Source: Hydrolagus affinis
Lineage: Eukaryota
DNA length: 64,000 nt
Assembly (NCBI GenBank): GCA_012026655.1
Contig: JAAILG010000019.1
Location: 1-64,000 of the forward strand
Direction: 5' to 3'
Part shown: positions 37,048 to 51,750 of the stretch, piece by piece
Numbering within the stretch: the first letter of the stretch is position 1
Layout: every line of letters begins with the position of its first letter
Translations under genes and position numbers: made by a program
The notes under the pieces: generated by a model
Database searches by the model: none
Told to the model about the DNA's origin: nothing
The model's input: the letters and a program-made list of their open reading frames with translations, nothing else

Positions 37048-40000
37048 TATTGTTAGTTGAAACCTTGAACCTCATGGATGTCAGATGTGATTTAGATGTG
37101 ATATGCTCAGCATATACATAAGGTTACCATACATAATTTTGCACAAATTGTGAAAGCATTCTCTATGCAAGGTTCAATTTAGTAGCAAGCTCAGAATGAG
37201 TTAAGCTAAGAGACCGAACCTGATGATATGAAAATAATAGTATAATATCTGTTGTCTTACCTAACTTTACACTATTGATTGGATTCTTGTCGACAGTGCC
37301 TCTTTGTTTCAGAATTCATTTCATCTTGCTAAAAGTTCTTGCAAAAGAAAAGTTAATTTAGAAAAAAAAACTATTTACAATTGTTGAGTAACATTTTGCC
37401 ACTGTTGCACTTCTTCAAATATACTGTGTTAAGAGATAATAGTGATTCACAAGTTATCTTTTCTCAATCCTAGAGGTTTTTTTTTCATCAAGCAAAGGAT
37501 TTATGTTTTTTCTTCTTGGACAGTTATTTACTATCATTGCACCGAGATGTTTTCTTCCTCTATCTAACATTATAGATTTTTGTTGGTAGAAAAGCCTGAT
37601 GGATTAAATGTATTTCAAAATAAAATCATTACTTTGTTTACAGTTTTAAACATGTTTAGAATTGCTTTATTGTTTTTTTACAGTAGTGGAAGTGCCAAAT
37701 GAAAAATGGAAGTAATAGAAAATGCAATTACAGTGCAGTTTTATCTATAAAGCCTATCTTCAACTGATGTTAGATGAGTCAAATGGCAAGCGAATGGCCA
37801 ATTATAGGTTCATGGCTGAAAAAATAATCTTTGCTTATTTTTTAGACTGATGCATGATTGTCATTTTATATAAGGAGCTTTAGAAACAAGTTTTATTTGA
37901 AACTTATTTATACTAATTTTATTTATTTTTATGTACTTTTGGCTAGAATAGGAATATTTCTCTGTCAAATTGTGAAAGTTAGGGAACACAAATTGGAGGT
38001 TGTTTTCTTCTGAAGTGATGTCGCAGCCTCAATTGGATTTTGATGTCAGAAAATTATTGCTCTCTCAAGTATTGTTAATCTTTATAGTGTGGCAAAATGC
38101 TAGTGTAGTAAGTGACTAAAGTTAATAATTAAACTTGTATTTACTGCAGTAGTTTGTCCATAATTTCTAATATATTGGTCTTTGGTTTCTGAAGTCTACT
38201 TGAGTATGTAATAATGGTTTTGTCTTTGGGCATTGCACCTAAGTGTCAATATTTTAGTACTCTGGGGGAGTCTATTTGTATTCAGGTATCTACTAACTCA
38301 CTGCAATGGACATTTTGAACAACGTCAGCAAATATAGAACGAGGACTGTTGCTTTTGAAGCTTTTATTATCCTGATTGTTATCAGTCTTTCTATTAACTA
38401 TCAACCAAAGATTATAGTAATAAAAAAAACTTACTAAACTGTTTTTTTTAGTTGTTTAAAATATTTGCTTATAGAAGCAGAGACTCAAAATAGCGAGAGA
38501 AATGTAAAGAGTGTTAAACATTTGTAGAAAATGCTTAGTTTTATGTTGTAGGAAAATAAACAAAATTAAATGTATCCTAATATTTACATGTAATTTTGCT
38601 TTTCTGAAGATTGAATAATATAGTTTCAGGCTCATGTAGCCATCTTATTTGTTTAATAATTGTTTTCATGTGAATGTAGCCTTCCCTATGAAAGTGTAGG
38701 TCAATAACAATGGGTGCATTCCAAATTTCATGATCTGTGTAGTGGAACAAATTGAAAGCAAGGCCTGTATCAATCACGATGAAGGGAGGGTTAATTGTTG
38801 CTGCTTCACAAAGCTCTGGACAGATAAACCTGTAATAGAATAGTTATGTCTGTGTATTTTTTGGACACTCAGGAATAAAACAATTTAAGTGGAGAGATTG
38901 TATGGAAATTAAAATTGAGGGATCAAGAGACAATGTAAGTAAACTGAGTTCTGTATTTATATACATTTGTATACCTTATACATATATGAAGTGCATTGTC
39001 TTTTAAATTGCATTGTGTTGAGCTTGTTTCCTCCTACCAAAATGGCAGCTTAATGGATTTTGCTTATTTACTACAACAGCAGTAACAACAAATTACATTT
39101 ATATAGAACTTTTCTCGTAGAATCAATGTCTTGAAGTACAATATGATTTTGGAAGAGAATTCAAGAGAGCAGAGTACAGTGTGTGAAAGTTTGTGTTACT
39201 CTATGTTCATGGACAAAATTGTAATTAAGAAGTTAATGGATGTGGGTTTTCCCCAATTTTGTCAATCTTGGTCTTGCTGTAGTGAGAGATACCAAAAGGT
39301 GATTATAAATTACCTGTTTTATCATGAGTGGAGGACTGAGATTAGGTTAGTTATGACCGTTCTTTGAGACCGAACAACAAAGCTGACTCTTCTGTTTTAA
39401 AATAAGTGTATAAATTCTTGATTCTTGCAAATTATTTGAAATTAATATATAATTGAATTCTAGGTGTATATTTATGATTATTTCTGTAACTTTAAGCATT
39501 TTTAGTCAACTATATCTTTTAATGGTATGCATGGATTTATTAATGGCTTTCTTTTTAAGATCTGTTATTCATTCAATTTTTTTGCACAAATTAATGGCAT
39601 ACAAAACAGTTACTTGAGAGACAGGTAAAATGATTGTCATCAAAATGAAAAATATGCGGCCCATTTAAGTAAATGGAACTGTAAGGAAATTGGTTTTAAA
39701 AATGAGAAATGAATGCTACATTTTATTTAAAATAGTATTTCTAGGTTATAATTTCTGCTTGCATTGAATATTAAATTTGTGTGTGGGGCAGTTGAGCATA
39801 AATATCTACAGAATGATTTGCTATAATTGTAGTTTTAGGTTTGTCAGCTATCATAGCACAGTCAGTAGTTCTGAAAATTAATAAGGATGATGATACTTTA
39901 AAGACTGTTCCAGAGTTTGCCCAAACTCATTAGGTTAGCCTATCTTTAAAATGTCTGTTAAAGACTTTCTAATAGAGCAAACACTTTCCTGCTCTACCAG

Positions 40001-41641
40001 CATCTCCATGATAGTAAATGTATTTCACTCCAAATGTGTATTGCACTGAAATCCACAAAACATTTTATTGAATCAAAATTAATCAAAGCCATCATTATGA
40101 GTTCTGCTCTTTGAGTATTTTTTTTACATTCATAAATTAAGAACACATGTATATAAGCAATTGATGTAAAACTTGAACTATCAAAAATATGAATGGTAGA
40201 GAAAAACTGCTAGGTAAAATATAACAAAAATAAATTAGGAAATGCACTATAAAATGACAAGTAAGTGTCTTGGAAAAAATTGTTATGTTTGGGGTGTGAC
40301 TCTTTGTTGCATGGACATTAAGGTACAATTTGTTGTTGGTTGCTGTTTGACATACTATGCATAAACAGCATTTTCTGTTTAATGTAAAGTTTCCAGTAGT
40401 GTTGTTTTATTGCTAAAATAAAGCTTCTTTTGTAGCCTGCTAGGAAATTGAATAACAATTGAATTTCAGTATTTTCCAACTAAATCACATACAATTTGTT
40501 TTTAAATATCTACACATGCTTTAACATTATAGATAACTTATGGAATAACTTAAAATAGAACTTCCAATTTTCACTCATGCATAATTTATCAAATTTATCA
40601 ATTTTTCTAAATGTTTTCACTTGGAAAAGAAAGGATGGGAATTTTATTACATTTGGGGAAAGAAATTTCTACAAACGGTTAAATTGCATTACAAATATTG
40701 TTGATATTGGCTGCCATGGTATTGAAGTATTAATGTTTATAACTTAATTGCAACCATTTTGATCTCCCAAGTAATTGGTAATATAATTTTTCAAACATTG
40801 CAATTAAAATTAGGCTCTTCCAGCCAGACTACTTACCTTGGTTTTACTCATTTGAAACCTAATTCATTCCTCCTGTCATTACCATTTATACCTGTCTGTC
40901 TTCATAGAATTTTAGTTTGCAGAAAGGAAAGGAAAAACCAAATGACAAATAGCAGGACCAATAGAGGGGAAATAGAAAATTACCTTAGTATAAAGCAAAG
41001 CTTGTTTGTATCGTAAAGCCATTCTTTTTTTTTTGCTTTTCATCCAGGTCTTCTTTGCAAATTAAGTTATTGTTTTAAACTGTCTATGAAAATGCCCTCT
41101 AACTCATTTAAATTTATACTTATTCTACATGTTTAGTAATTCTGTTTACTGTTGAATCGCCCAAAAATGCAGAATTTTTTTCCATTTACCTTTGCTCTAG
41201 GAATACCAAGCTCTTTAAGAGAAATTAAATACAATGTATACTGTTCATTTTTAGTTGTTTTTCAAATGCAGTTTTTTCAAATTTCTTTGTGCCTGATTTT
41301 TGTCCATGTTAGAGAGTAGAGTGGGAGAAAGAGTGGAACAAAAACAACAACTTGCATTTATGTAGTACCTTTCAAGCAGAATAGCATCCCAGAGCACTTG
41401 ATTCCAAATACCTGAATCAAATAAAACAAAAGTTGGGAAGATATTTCCTTGCGTCTGAACAAACGCTCATCTGTTCATGAAGATTTTTCTTCCAACTGTA
41501 GTGGCGGTTATAGAAACTGCTTAATTTTCTTTTCATAAACAAAACAATGATTACATGATAGAAAATGCATTGGATTTGAGTATTCCCTCAGTAACCTTGC
41601 ATTGACCTTTTGGATGAGATAGCGACATTCAGTGAGAATAT

Positions 41642-41740
41642 TATAATAATCCTTGCATTTCAAATAGCGCGTTCCAATGTCTTTCCGACGTCTCAAAGAA
41701 TATACTGTGAAGTGAATTGACTATTTTGTGGGCAAAAGGC
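41642..41740 (-). mobile_element. SINE 3' fragment
   Basis: ataataatccttgcattt..gaatatactgtgaagtgaattgac. Confidence 0.85.
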
Positions 41741-42639
41741 GGCATTACGTTATATTGTTTTGTTAAAATAAAGAGAAAATAAAATAATAATCAAAACTTT
41801 TGTTTAAAGAACAAACCAACATTTTAAAATTTACTTTCAAAATATATTAAAAGACTTGATTAGACAAGCAAAAATAATCTTAAACAAAATCGACAGCAAA
41901 AAAATGTTTTAGATTTTGAAGTTAGAATGCCTCTGGCTTTCACTTTGATCATAAAGTCCATCTACTCCCATCAGTCTCCAACTGTGTAACCACGTTTGGT
42001 GACTGGATATCTTAGCAGGTTGTTTATATATGACTGTTTTGGTGTGAATGTTGAAACCTGATAACGTTGTTAAAATTTGAATTTATTTTATAGTTTTAAA
42101 TTTAAAAAAAAGTTTATCAGCATGTTTGGTTTGCACAATGTAGCACTTATGTATGCTCAATGTGCAAGTTATTTCAAGATTAAATGACAATGTCACTTAT
42201 TTATCAAATCATAGGGAATTATTGTCTGTTGATCACTAAAAGTAGATACTGTACCGTGGTAGAATCTTTGGATTTTTGTCCAAATCTTTGGATTTTTTCA
42301 CAACAATGAAGGGATTTTAACAGGAATATGGCAGCATAGGTCTGAACGGCAGGAAGAAGACCAAAATTGTTAAGGAATGTTTATTGGACTGGTAGGCATA
42401 AAATAATGTGTGTAGATATTTTATATGATATGTATAAATAATTTGACCTAAATGTAAATTTGTATACATTTGGAGAAAGGACGATAAGGTCTTGTACATG
42501 TATCTAAATCTTTTAAGAGTGGAATCTAAGTATAATTCCCTCAAATTTTTGTGAATGTTTTTGATAGGATACATAACAAGAAACTCTTTACACTGTTTGG
42601 AAAGTTATTATGTAGAGGTCTTAGATTGAGTTTTACAGT

Positions 42640-42810
42640 ATTACCGTAAGTGAGGGAGGTTGCAATTTTTTTTGCACGAAGTTTGTTACAATATGGAATG
42701 CCTTGCAACAAATGTCTGTTGAAGCTGTGTTTGTTAAACATTTAAAATGGAGCTAGATAAATTCTTGAGGAAAAATAACATGAATAAGTATGGGGAAATG
42801 ATAGGGGAAT
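42640..42810 (+). mobile_element. CR1 ORF2 C-terminal remnant
   Basis: Degenerate WNAL..VEA..FKMELDKFL motif typical of CR1. Confidence 0.6.
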
Positions 42811-42845
42811 TGCATTGCAATAATAATTTGATCACTCAATTCACA

Positions 42846-42986
42846 GCTGTTTGTGGGACACTGCTGTGCGCAATTGGCTGCTGCGTTTCTCCTACAAATA
42901 TACAATCAATTCACTTTACAGTATATTCTGTGAAGCGCTTTGAGATGTCTAGAAGCGCTATATCAAATGCAAGGAATTACTATTAT
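42846..42986 (+). mobile_element. SINE 3' fragment
   Basis: Family body and tail. Confidence 0.9.
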
Positions 42987-43234
42987 CATTTTGTCTTCAA
43001 ATTTCAAATGGATTCAGCCTTAATTTGGAAATTGGTTCATTAAGATTGATATGTAATCAAAATACTAACACAAGGTGGAATATCAGGACTTCTATGCAGA
43101 ATACAGTATCAAATGCCTTGTATCCATGGTTACAAATGTCTATGTTCAGTATGTTAATAATGTTTGCATTTGTTATACCATCTAATCACGTTGTCCAAAC
43201 ATTTGACTGTAACCTGTAGCGACTATATATTTGT

Positions 43235-43385
43235 AATGATAATAATCCTTGCATTTGATATAGAGCCGCATCACGTCATTGAGATATCTCAAAGAGATTC
43301 AGACAGGACATACTGTAAAGCAAATTGACAGTATTTTATGGGTAAACATGGCAACTAATTTGTGCACAGCAATGTCAGACAAATA
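43235..43385 (-). mobile_element. SINE 3' fragment
   Basis: aataatccttgcatttgatatagag..tactgtaaagcaaattgac. Confidence 0.8.
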
Positions 43386-43599
43386 ACCATCCATTTTTTA
43401 TTGACACTTATGAAACTTAAGACATTTGTACTTTGCAAGATAAAGGACATGCTTGTGTTTCAGTGTAATTTTCTTAATTGTACTGAAAGTTATGTATATT
43501 TGTGATTTTTTTTTTCATGTTTATTTCTGTCTCTTAGGTTTTCGACAGGTTGATTGCCTGACTTTAAAGTAACATTAGTTTACTTGACGAGTATGCTTG

Positions 43600-44760
43600 G
43601 CAACAAGAGTGATTGGTTTGAAAGCCAGTGAAAGCAATCCAGCACCAGTACACATTTTGTGCTCTGCGTTTCTGAATGCAGAAAGTTGTGCAACTTTTTT
43701 ACAAACCTATTCTAATGAGCATCGCTATATAATGTCCTGCATTCATATTATTTTATTGGACCGTTGACAATTCTAAACTTGTTGTCCTATTGCACAGTGG
43801 TCCAGCAGACTTCCTTTCAATTGCTTCTCCAATGAATACTGCTCTTGAGCTGGTCTCCAGGGAACACACAAGAATGCACCTTTGGTGACTTGTACTATGA
43901 TTTACCATCCCCCTGGAAAAGCCTCTGAGATTTACTCAATACATCCATAATAAAACAGCTGAGATTAGTCTCAGCAGTTGGAGAATTGTGAATGTGACCC
44001 ACTTCCTCTTGCTCTTTCATACATGATGTTGCAGATACTGCCTGCTGCATAAAATACTACTCCCTGCAAAATGTGAGGATACGGTAAATCAAATATGAGA
44101 AGCAGGTGGAGAGTGTTTGATTACAAGTCAGAACAAGAACTATCAATGATGTACTCTGGAATGTAGTTTTTAGATTTAGTTACGAAACTTCATGCAGGAT
44201 TCAGATAGTACTGATTCTTGTGACATTGTATTAAGAAAGCATTTAGCAATGGGTTTGCTTTTCTAGAACAAAGTTTAAATCCTGGATCAAAATTGGCAGT
44301 TGGCACTTTTTATATTCTCTTTTTTTGTCCCTCCCTGTAGGGAAGCACCAAATCTCCATTTGACATTTCCTACTGATGTTGCATCTGTGATTAGACAGAC
44401 TTCACTCAGGGCTCTCTTGAGCTAAGGCCTATGTTTAACTGTCGATGACGTGCTGTATTATGGGATAGCTGTGCTATTCTATTCTGAAGTTTCTCAACTC
44501 TTCTTTGTTCTGCACTGCAAACTTTTCTTTGCAATCCTCCGTACAGTGATGGCAGATTAACCTGTGTGTTTCTATAGTAAAATCCCTCTGTTTTCAGCCA
44601 ATGGGTATTTCAGTTGATAACGACAGTTATTCAGTAAATCCACAATGAGATATTCTATTGAGGTGAAAGCCGATGGCGCTCATGTTCAGGTGACAAAATC
44701 AACTGTTCGCACTGCTGACAATTGGCAGTTTGGAGAGTATAGAATGTCGCATGTTTATTG
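43600..44760 (-). mobile_element. Highly degenerate Penelope-like retroelement relic
   Basis: Hand translation of the minus strand with frameshifts gives ordered fragments ATFYTL/PIVSS, EELRNF..SYPII, LVLPYREG, CAIGQ, CIQK resembling PLE RT and GIY-YIG C-terminal motifs. Confidence 0.45.
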
Positions 44761-47700
44761 ACTATTATTGTTAGGATTCAGGTAATTTTGCTCAGCTAAT
44801 TACCGGTAATAGAAATTGTTTCATATTGTAGTTCTGCCTTTGATTGCTTCCCAAACTACTTTTTTTTCACTCTTCTATAAAGCTTCTGCAATTCCAGTAA
44901 TCTACCATTTTAAAAATAAGGCATTTTTTTAAGGGTGGGAAGATTAATAAAAATCTAGTTAGAAAATATTTCCAATATGTTGTCCAAATAAAAAGGTACT
45001 TGAGCATTCCTGTCATTTCAACTGAAACAATCTTGAACTCTTAAGGAAATTTTTTTTAAGGTCAATCCCAGTTGTCAGAATTATTTGAATGGAAGTGATA
45101 TGGAGATTTTGATTTTCTTTATATGAATATCTCTTTGGGACTGCAAACTTGTGGTGAACATCATCACGTACAAGTAGATTGGCTTTATTTCAAAAGAGAG
45201 GCTCGGATATAAAAAGCTGGGGGTCTGGGTATGTGTATACACACTAGTATGTACAGGGCTTGATGTTTTCTTTGATTGGTATGCATAGAGATACGCTGTT
45301 GTTGAAGCTCTGTACTTCCAACTTTTGGAACCACAGTCAATGAGTAGAGTGAGGGTAGGACGATGGTGAAAATGCTTTAACAATTTCAGGATTAAGAGTT
45401 CCTTTTACCTGTTACCTACTCAGAGGGCTCAAAGCAGTGGAAGCTTGTTAGATGGTGTGAGAGATGGCAGGGTTTAGACTCCAGCACTAACGCACACTCC
45501 GGAATTCCCAAGTCTTGGCTCTCGCAACCCATTCTTTCCAGGAGTGTGCACTCTATTCCAGATGAAGGGAAATTTCCACGCAGAGGCAACATGCATGACT
45601 CTGGTTTGGACATTCTTTAGCACAACTATGGGTATCCATGTGTTGCTGAACAAATAAGGAAGAAAGCATCTTTTCCCATTTAATCTAATTCTTCCAGAAT
45701 ATCAAGCCTACCTTCTTTCCATTACAGCATCAAACCATTTCTTTATCAATAGAATGAAGGTCAAAAAGTAGTCGTCTTTATTGCAATTGCTATCAATGTT
45801 TTTTTTAGCAAACCGAGATCTGATACCCCTTGAGGAGGTTTGAATAATTGACTAGAAAAATTCTGAACGTTGCAAGAGAAAATAATGTCACAAAACAATT
45901 TACTGTATCGTCTCTGGTTTGGACTGAAACGTGGAGTATCCTGCTGCTTTGTAATCATGCTAATATTTTCAATTTGTTTAATTGCTTACATGGTCCATCT
46001 CTGGAACAGTGCCTAAATGTTCTTACCTCATTCCTTCTGCTATCGAAATCCTCGTTAATGTTTTTTGTCACTTTGAGAATAGACTTCTCCAAAGTTCGCA
46101 TCACTGACCTCCCTAGCTTCACCCTCCAGAAGCTCCAATTCACCCAAAAATGCAGCTATCATTCTCTCCTGCACAGGACTGAGCAGTCAGTCACTGTTGG
46201 ACTCTCTTACAAAATGCCTTTGCCTTGCTTCCTCTCTCTTTAGCGTCACAATTTTCTTTAATATCTAAACCTTTGATTGTGTATCCTTAAATCTCTTTTC
46301 TTTCTCCCCGCTTGATTTTTCCTATAATATTTTAAGCAATTTAATTTAAACAAGTGCAATTTTTATGTTATTTTTAGAATCCTTCAGTATTGCTGTGATT
46401 TTCAAAACCACAATTATGCAATATTAAAAATATTTAGATTTTTTAAATGCCAGAAAAGATAATGTATTCCAATACATTATATAACCTCTGTAGGCTGGGG
46501 TATTGCTATTTGACCTGGAATTTTAGAATAATTAATATCTACATTGGGAGCAAATGTATACATTTAGGCAGTTTAACCATTTTATAACCATGGGCATTCA
46601 GGCAGTTTACGAATATGAAACCAATTGGCTCTGAAAGAGTGAACAAAATTCGGTGCATAGCTCCAAGGACTTCTGTGTGCAGTTAACTGAATTTGGCAGT
46701 GCTAATTTGTATTAAAGTTGTTGTTGCATGACAGCAAGGAAAAAGATTTAATGCTTGCCACCTGAACCAAGCCATGGAACATTGGTTTCTTCAACTGCTG
46801 TGAATTTGAATCAAGGCCAATATTTCTAAATATGAATTCAACTGTAGCCAGGCTTAGAACATACGTGCATTGCACTTGAACTTTTTTTTAAAAAAGGATA
46901 AAGGAAGGGGTCATTAATAGTCAGAAAGTTTGTTATATGCGGCTTGAATAGCATTCAATGTTCCATTTTGTTTAAAAATTATATACTGATTTATGAATAT
47001 TTTAAAATTTACTGTGAAATTTAACATTTTATTTTTTCTCCATGATTCTAAACATGCTTTTTTTTTTAAAAAAGTGAATTAATTCCAAAACCAATGTTAG
47101 GCGAGTTGCAGTTGAATTTTCTTTTCATTCACCAATCTTCCTCAATGCAGTAATATTGAGGTAGAAATTGTTTGCTTGATGAAATAGACAATATCTTAAA
47201 CGTTCTTGCAGGTCATCGTTTCAGTTTCTAATAATGGTTCTTTTATCAAGAGAATTTGTGATCAGTTTAATATTTTAGCTCAGACAGAAGTGTATTGTCA
47301 AGGACATGAGCTGATGTTTAGACTGAAAATAATTGCTTTATAAAGCGTACACTTTTGCTAAAAGTATTCTATGTTGCATTTATTGGTTCTTCTTTCTGTG
47401 CTGCTTGTATCTTAAAAATTACATTAATTTAGCATATACTGTACATCTAACATGTACTTTTTGGCAAAATGAATAATCTCAAACAGATGACTCATTGCTA
47501 CAGCAATTAAAATATTCTTTTAATTTTTCTTGTATGCATTTTTGGTTGCAAGTAACTTTTTCACCAATATGTGTGAACAAATCATTAACCCTCTTACAGA
47601 ATTATTTAAGTTTATTTACCACAACAGAAGTCAGTGTAGTAGTTTGCGGTTAGCAATAGGATTTGAATATAAATCCTAAATGCAAATATTAATAGCTGTT

Positions 47701-50700
47701 GTGCAGATATTATTTGGACTTGTGGGTGGAGAAGTGAATGAGGTGTGTGTCTGGGCTTGCAACCTGGGCTAAGCGGTGGTATTTGTTCTGATGAAACTCA
47801 TTAACTGGGAGAAGCTTTTCTCAGTAGCTGCCCTACAGTGCTGAATATAAGTTATGAATGCTGTACTGTTCAACTGTAGAATGGTTTGCCTAGAGGAAAG
47901 CTGCATGCATGGGCCCCTGCTATTGAGAGCATGCCAGTCAAGGATGAAAACGTCTTTTCATGAACTATGCTTTACCTCTGTCTGCTAATGTACAGTATGT
48001 CAAACATTTTTTTTATCAGAGGCATGCAACACCCATTCTACTATATTGAAAGTTATACCTCAGTTATGAACATAGTGTAGAAAATTGTAATTATTTAAAT
48101 TTTTTGTAGATTAAATTATCTTGGAAAAAAACAATCTGTGGCCCATCAGTATTTTACGCAAAAATGTGCAAGTTGTGAATGAGACTTGGTGTTTAATGTA
48201 GATAACTGGTTTGAAATAATTGAAAATACAGTAGTAGAAAGTCTGGATGGCACTCTTGGTTGAAATTTTTGCCGAAGCATGTAACTTCACTATGTTCTGT
48301 TAAGGGAAGTTTACTAAAATTCATGTGTGATAGACATGGTAGTGTGGAAACCAAATTGTTTTCACATTTGCTGTAGTCTTGATCTGGAATGTTAACTTAA
48401 TTACTGAAATATGCTTTTAAACAACAAGTATGACATTAATGTACCATTGTACCAAATAGTTTCTTCATCTCCAAAGATTGTTCAAATGATATTTATTGGG
48501 AGAATGCTACATTTCACTGCTAATTTATCAACTGCATGTGGATATTATTTGTTGCAAAATTATCTGCTTTATTTATAAAACATTCCACTGTTTCCTTTTA
48601 TTAGCCTTTCCAAGACAGTTAGTAATATATCACCTACATCATTCTTGAGAATGGGATTATGTGTGTGCACTTTTTTTAATGCAATTTTATGATTGGCGAG
48701 CAGGAGCAATTTTTAACCACTTTCTGGATAGAATTACTTCACTCAATGAAATGTTATCTTGTGGTCTGGCTCAGAACAGTCATTGCTAAAGTTTTCATAA
48801 ATATGATGTGCCCTGAAAAACAGCTGGCACTCTGCAGGATAAAGTTAACATGACACTTAAATACAAATGGTGTTGTAGGGATTCCAATGCACATTAAATT
48901 GTATTGGGAGATTGAAACAGATTATTTGTCTAAAACTGTGACAAATCCATGTTTTATGCTACAGTCAGTTCATGTTTTGTTTGTATTGAGTACTATTTTT
49001 GTTTGAAATCAATGTTTACTTTCAAATAAAAATACATTTATGTGAAAACTGAATCGTAGAGTGTTCCCCTGGGTATGTTTTCTTATCAAACAGTAAGATT
49101 ATGAGTACATGCATGAAAGTCATTATGCCTAGAGCAAAATGCATGTTTTTGCTTCCCTATGTTGCCATGAAGAGCATGTAAGTGGATGAGATAACCTTTT
49201 GAACATGCTTTGAAAATATAAAGGTACATTTTCATCATAATACATTGATTTTGTAGGGTGATCTTTGTGTTCATCATGTTGCTAGATGTTAACGATAGAG
49301 GGTAATCCCACAGATTACCTCAATGCTTTCGAAACTCGAACATTCAGTGTGTTAGCTTCACACCAGTTGTGGTAAGTTTAGGTAATGTAAGGCTGAAGTA
49401 ATACAAAACCATAACATAGTGTACCATTTTAAAATAAATTATTCCATGCCCAGTGCTGAATGATAGTTGTTTACACTGCATAATTTTACATCTCTGTAAA
49501 GCTGCAATTACTTTGCACTGATGCAAAATATTCTGTGTTATAAAATAATTTTAAAAAGATGAGTTTTACTTTTTTGTTAAAAGTATTATTTTAACTAAAA
49601 ATCCCTAATTAAACAATTGAAGCATGACAGTGTTTTGCAGCTATGTGTCAGACAATATTTTTCGTGCTATTTTACTATTTCATCGCAAAGTACTTACTGG
49701 AATTTCTCTGACCAAAATCTTAATTGATTTTGGCCTAATTCAATAAAATTAAACATTAAAATGTATCTAGCTAATATTGTCTCTACTTATTAATGCAATT
49801 TCATAGTAAACATAGTTTAAAATAACACTGTGTGTTACAATACTGTGAACATTTTTTATCAATTTGAGATGGTCAACTACACAGTTAAAACTATGTAAAA
49901 TGCAACAATTCCTCAAGGTAAATTGAGTATAAGATTTCTTCGAGTATGTATAGAGTTACTGAGGTGTGATACGGCAAATTGAACTTGTTGCCTCAGGCGA
50001 GAGCAATCAAACAGATTTTTTTTCCCCAGAGTCCAGTTGTGCATAATTACTGGCAGCAGTATAAATAGAAAACTTATTGAATAAAAGTGCTTGGATTTCA
50101 ACCTTTTTCAGATTAAAAAATAGTTTCAATAATTTTTGTTTACATCATTCCCAACGAGAAGTCCATGCAAACTAGTTCAGCCATTGTTCAAGGGATAAGG
50201 CACTTTGGGGATTATTTTTTCCATAACTAAATGTTTAAATCTCTTAATTTGCTAATTTGACAGTACTGGCTCTTTCTAGGATTAAATTCTGGGAGCATCC
50301 AGCAGTCCATCAAGAGCTTTCCATGGTAGCTGCTCTTGACGTCTGCTATATTTGACCTTGGAGGGCACCACATGTCACTTTTCAGGTGGGGTTTCTGACG
50401 GTGGAATTTTGTGGGGCACCTCACTTGTTAGAGAGTACCACAGCTGAGTTCAGGATCTTCCTTTCTCTTCCACATCTTATGCAATTTAATGGGGAGCATT
50501 GGACATGAAATAAGATTGAGAATTCTTGCGAATCCTAGGGATGATTAGTAGTATTTCTATTGTGTTTTCCTTACTAAGAATGCCCAAATGGGTACAGGTA
50601 GAAGATTGAACCTTCATGATCTGTGCCTCTCAGTACCACTCAAGATGGGGTATACATACTAAGCGTTCAGGGGAACTTCTTATATGTAACTTGGAAGCTG

Positions 50701-51519
50701 AAAAAAATCTCAATATATGAACTATATTAGTAATGATTTGATGTTTAGACTCTTCTAATGTTCTGGTATGTTGCCATAGGGGTCTAATGTAAACCAACAA
50801 GTTATTTTGGTGATTGATGTCTTGTGCAAATGTGACATTCATTTATACATTTTATAAATATTTTTGAATAAATAATGTTAATGATTTATTTATCTGCATT
50901 CTAAAATGGAATATACCTTCTAATAATATTTTAAACTGATGCTGATCTAGACCTTGAGCAATTTATCCGAAATTCTACATTGATTGATGTGGAAATTCAA
51001 CAGTTATGTTCTGTAGTAATATCACTGATGTTTTTCCCAACAGTTTTGAAATTGGCTGTGACTCAGTTTTGAAGAATAGCTACCTGTTAGACTAACACTT
51101 GAGTACTGTTGTAAATCAATATACAGTCTGATTGTCTACTGTAGAACAAGTGAAGCTGCTAATACGCTATTGGATTTTAAACTTATTGCATGTATGCATT
51201 TTTTTTCTTGGAGGATTTTCTTTAAGATTCAACCTCAAAATAATTATTGCCTCTGATATAATACGTGTAATGTTGAACATCTCAAAGTTGCTTTATAGGT
51301 AATTACCATTAAGTGTGGTAACTATTTTTGCAGGCAAATGCAGCAGCTCACAGCAATATGTTACAATAGGATTTCCAGTTAATCTGCAGAATTAGTGCTT
51401 GGCATAGTGGGAGAAATTCCCACCGCCTTAACAATAGTTTCATAGGATCTTTTATACCTACCTACCTGAAGAGGCAGTTTTTCCAGATACTGAAATCCCA
51501 ATTACCCATTCTTGGACAT

Positions 51520-51750
51520 TAAATAACCCATGATACTATTAAAAGAAAGCAAGTCTCTCCCTCTGTACTGGCTAATAATCCTCCAATTAAATTCACCTCC
51601 TGGCTGTTTGTGGATCCATGCTGTGCGTAAATTACTTGCTGCCTTTGCCTACAAATGCACTGTTACTACAAATAATAGCAACAAGTGTGAAATGCTTTGA
51701 GATGTTTCTGCGTGATGAAGCACAATATCAATCGAAAAGATTATTATTCA
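51520..51750 (+). mobile_element. Deu-type SINE 3' half
   Basis: cccatgatactatt..gctgtttgtggatc..gtgaaatgctttgagatg..agattattatt. Confidence 0.7.

Noticed and set aside
42263-42296. 15-bp direct repeat aatctttggattttt
   Set aside because: Simple local duplication with no further structure
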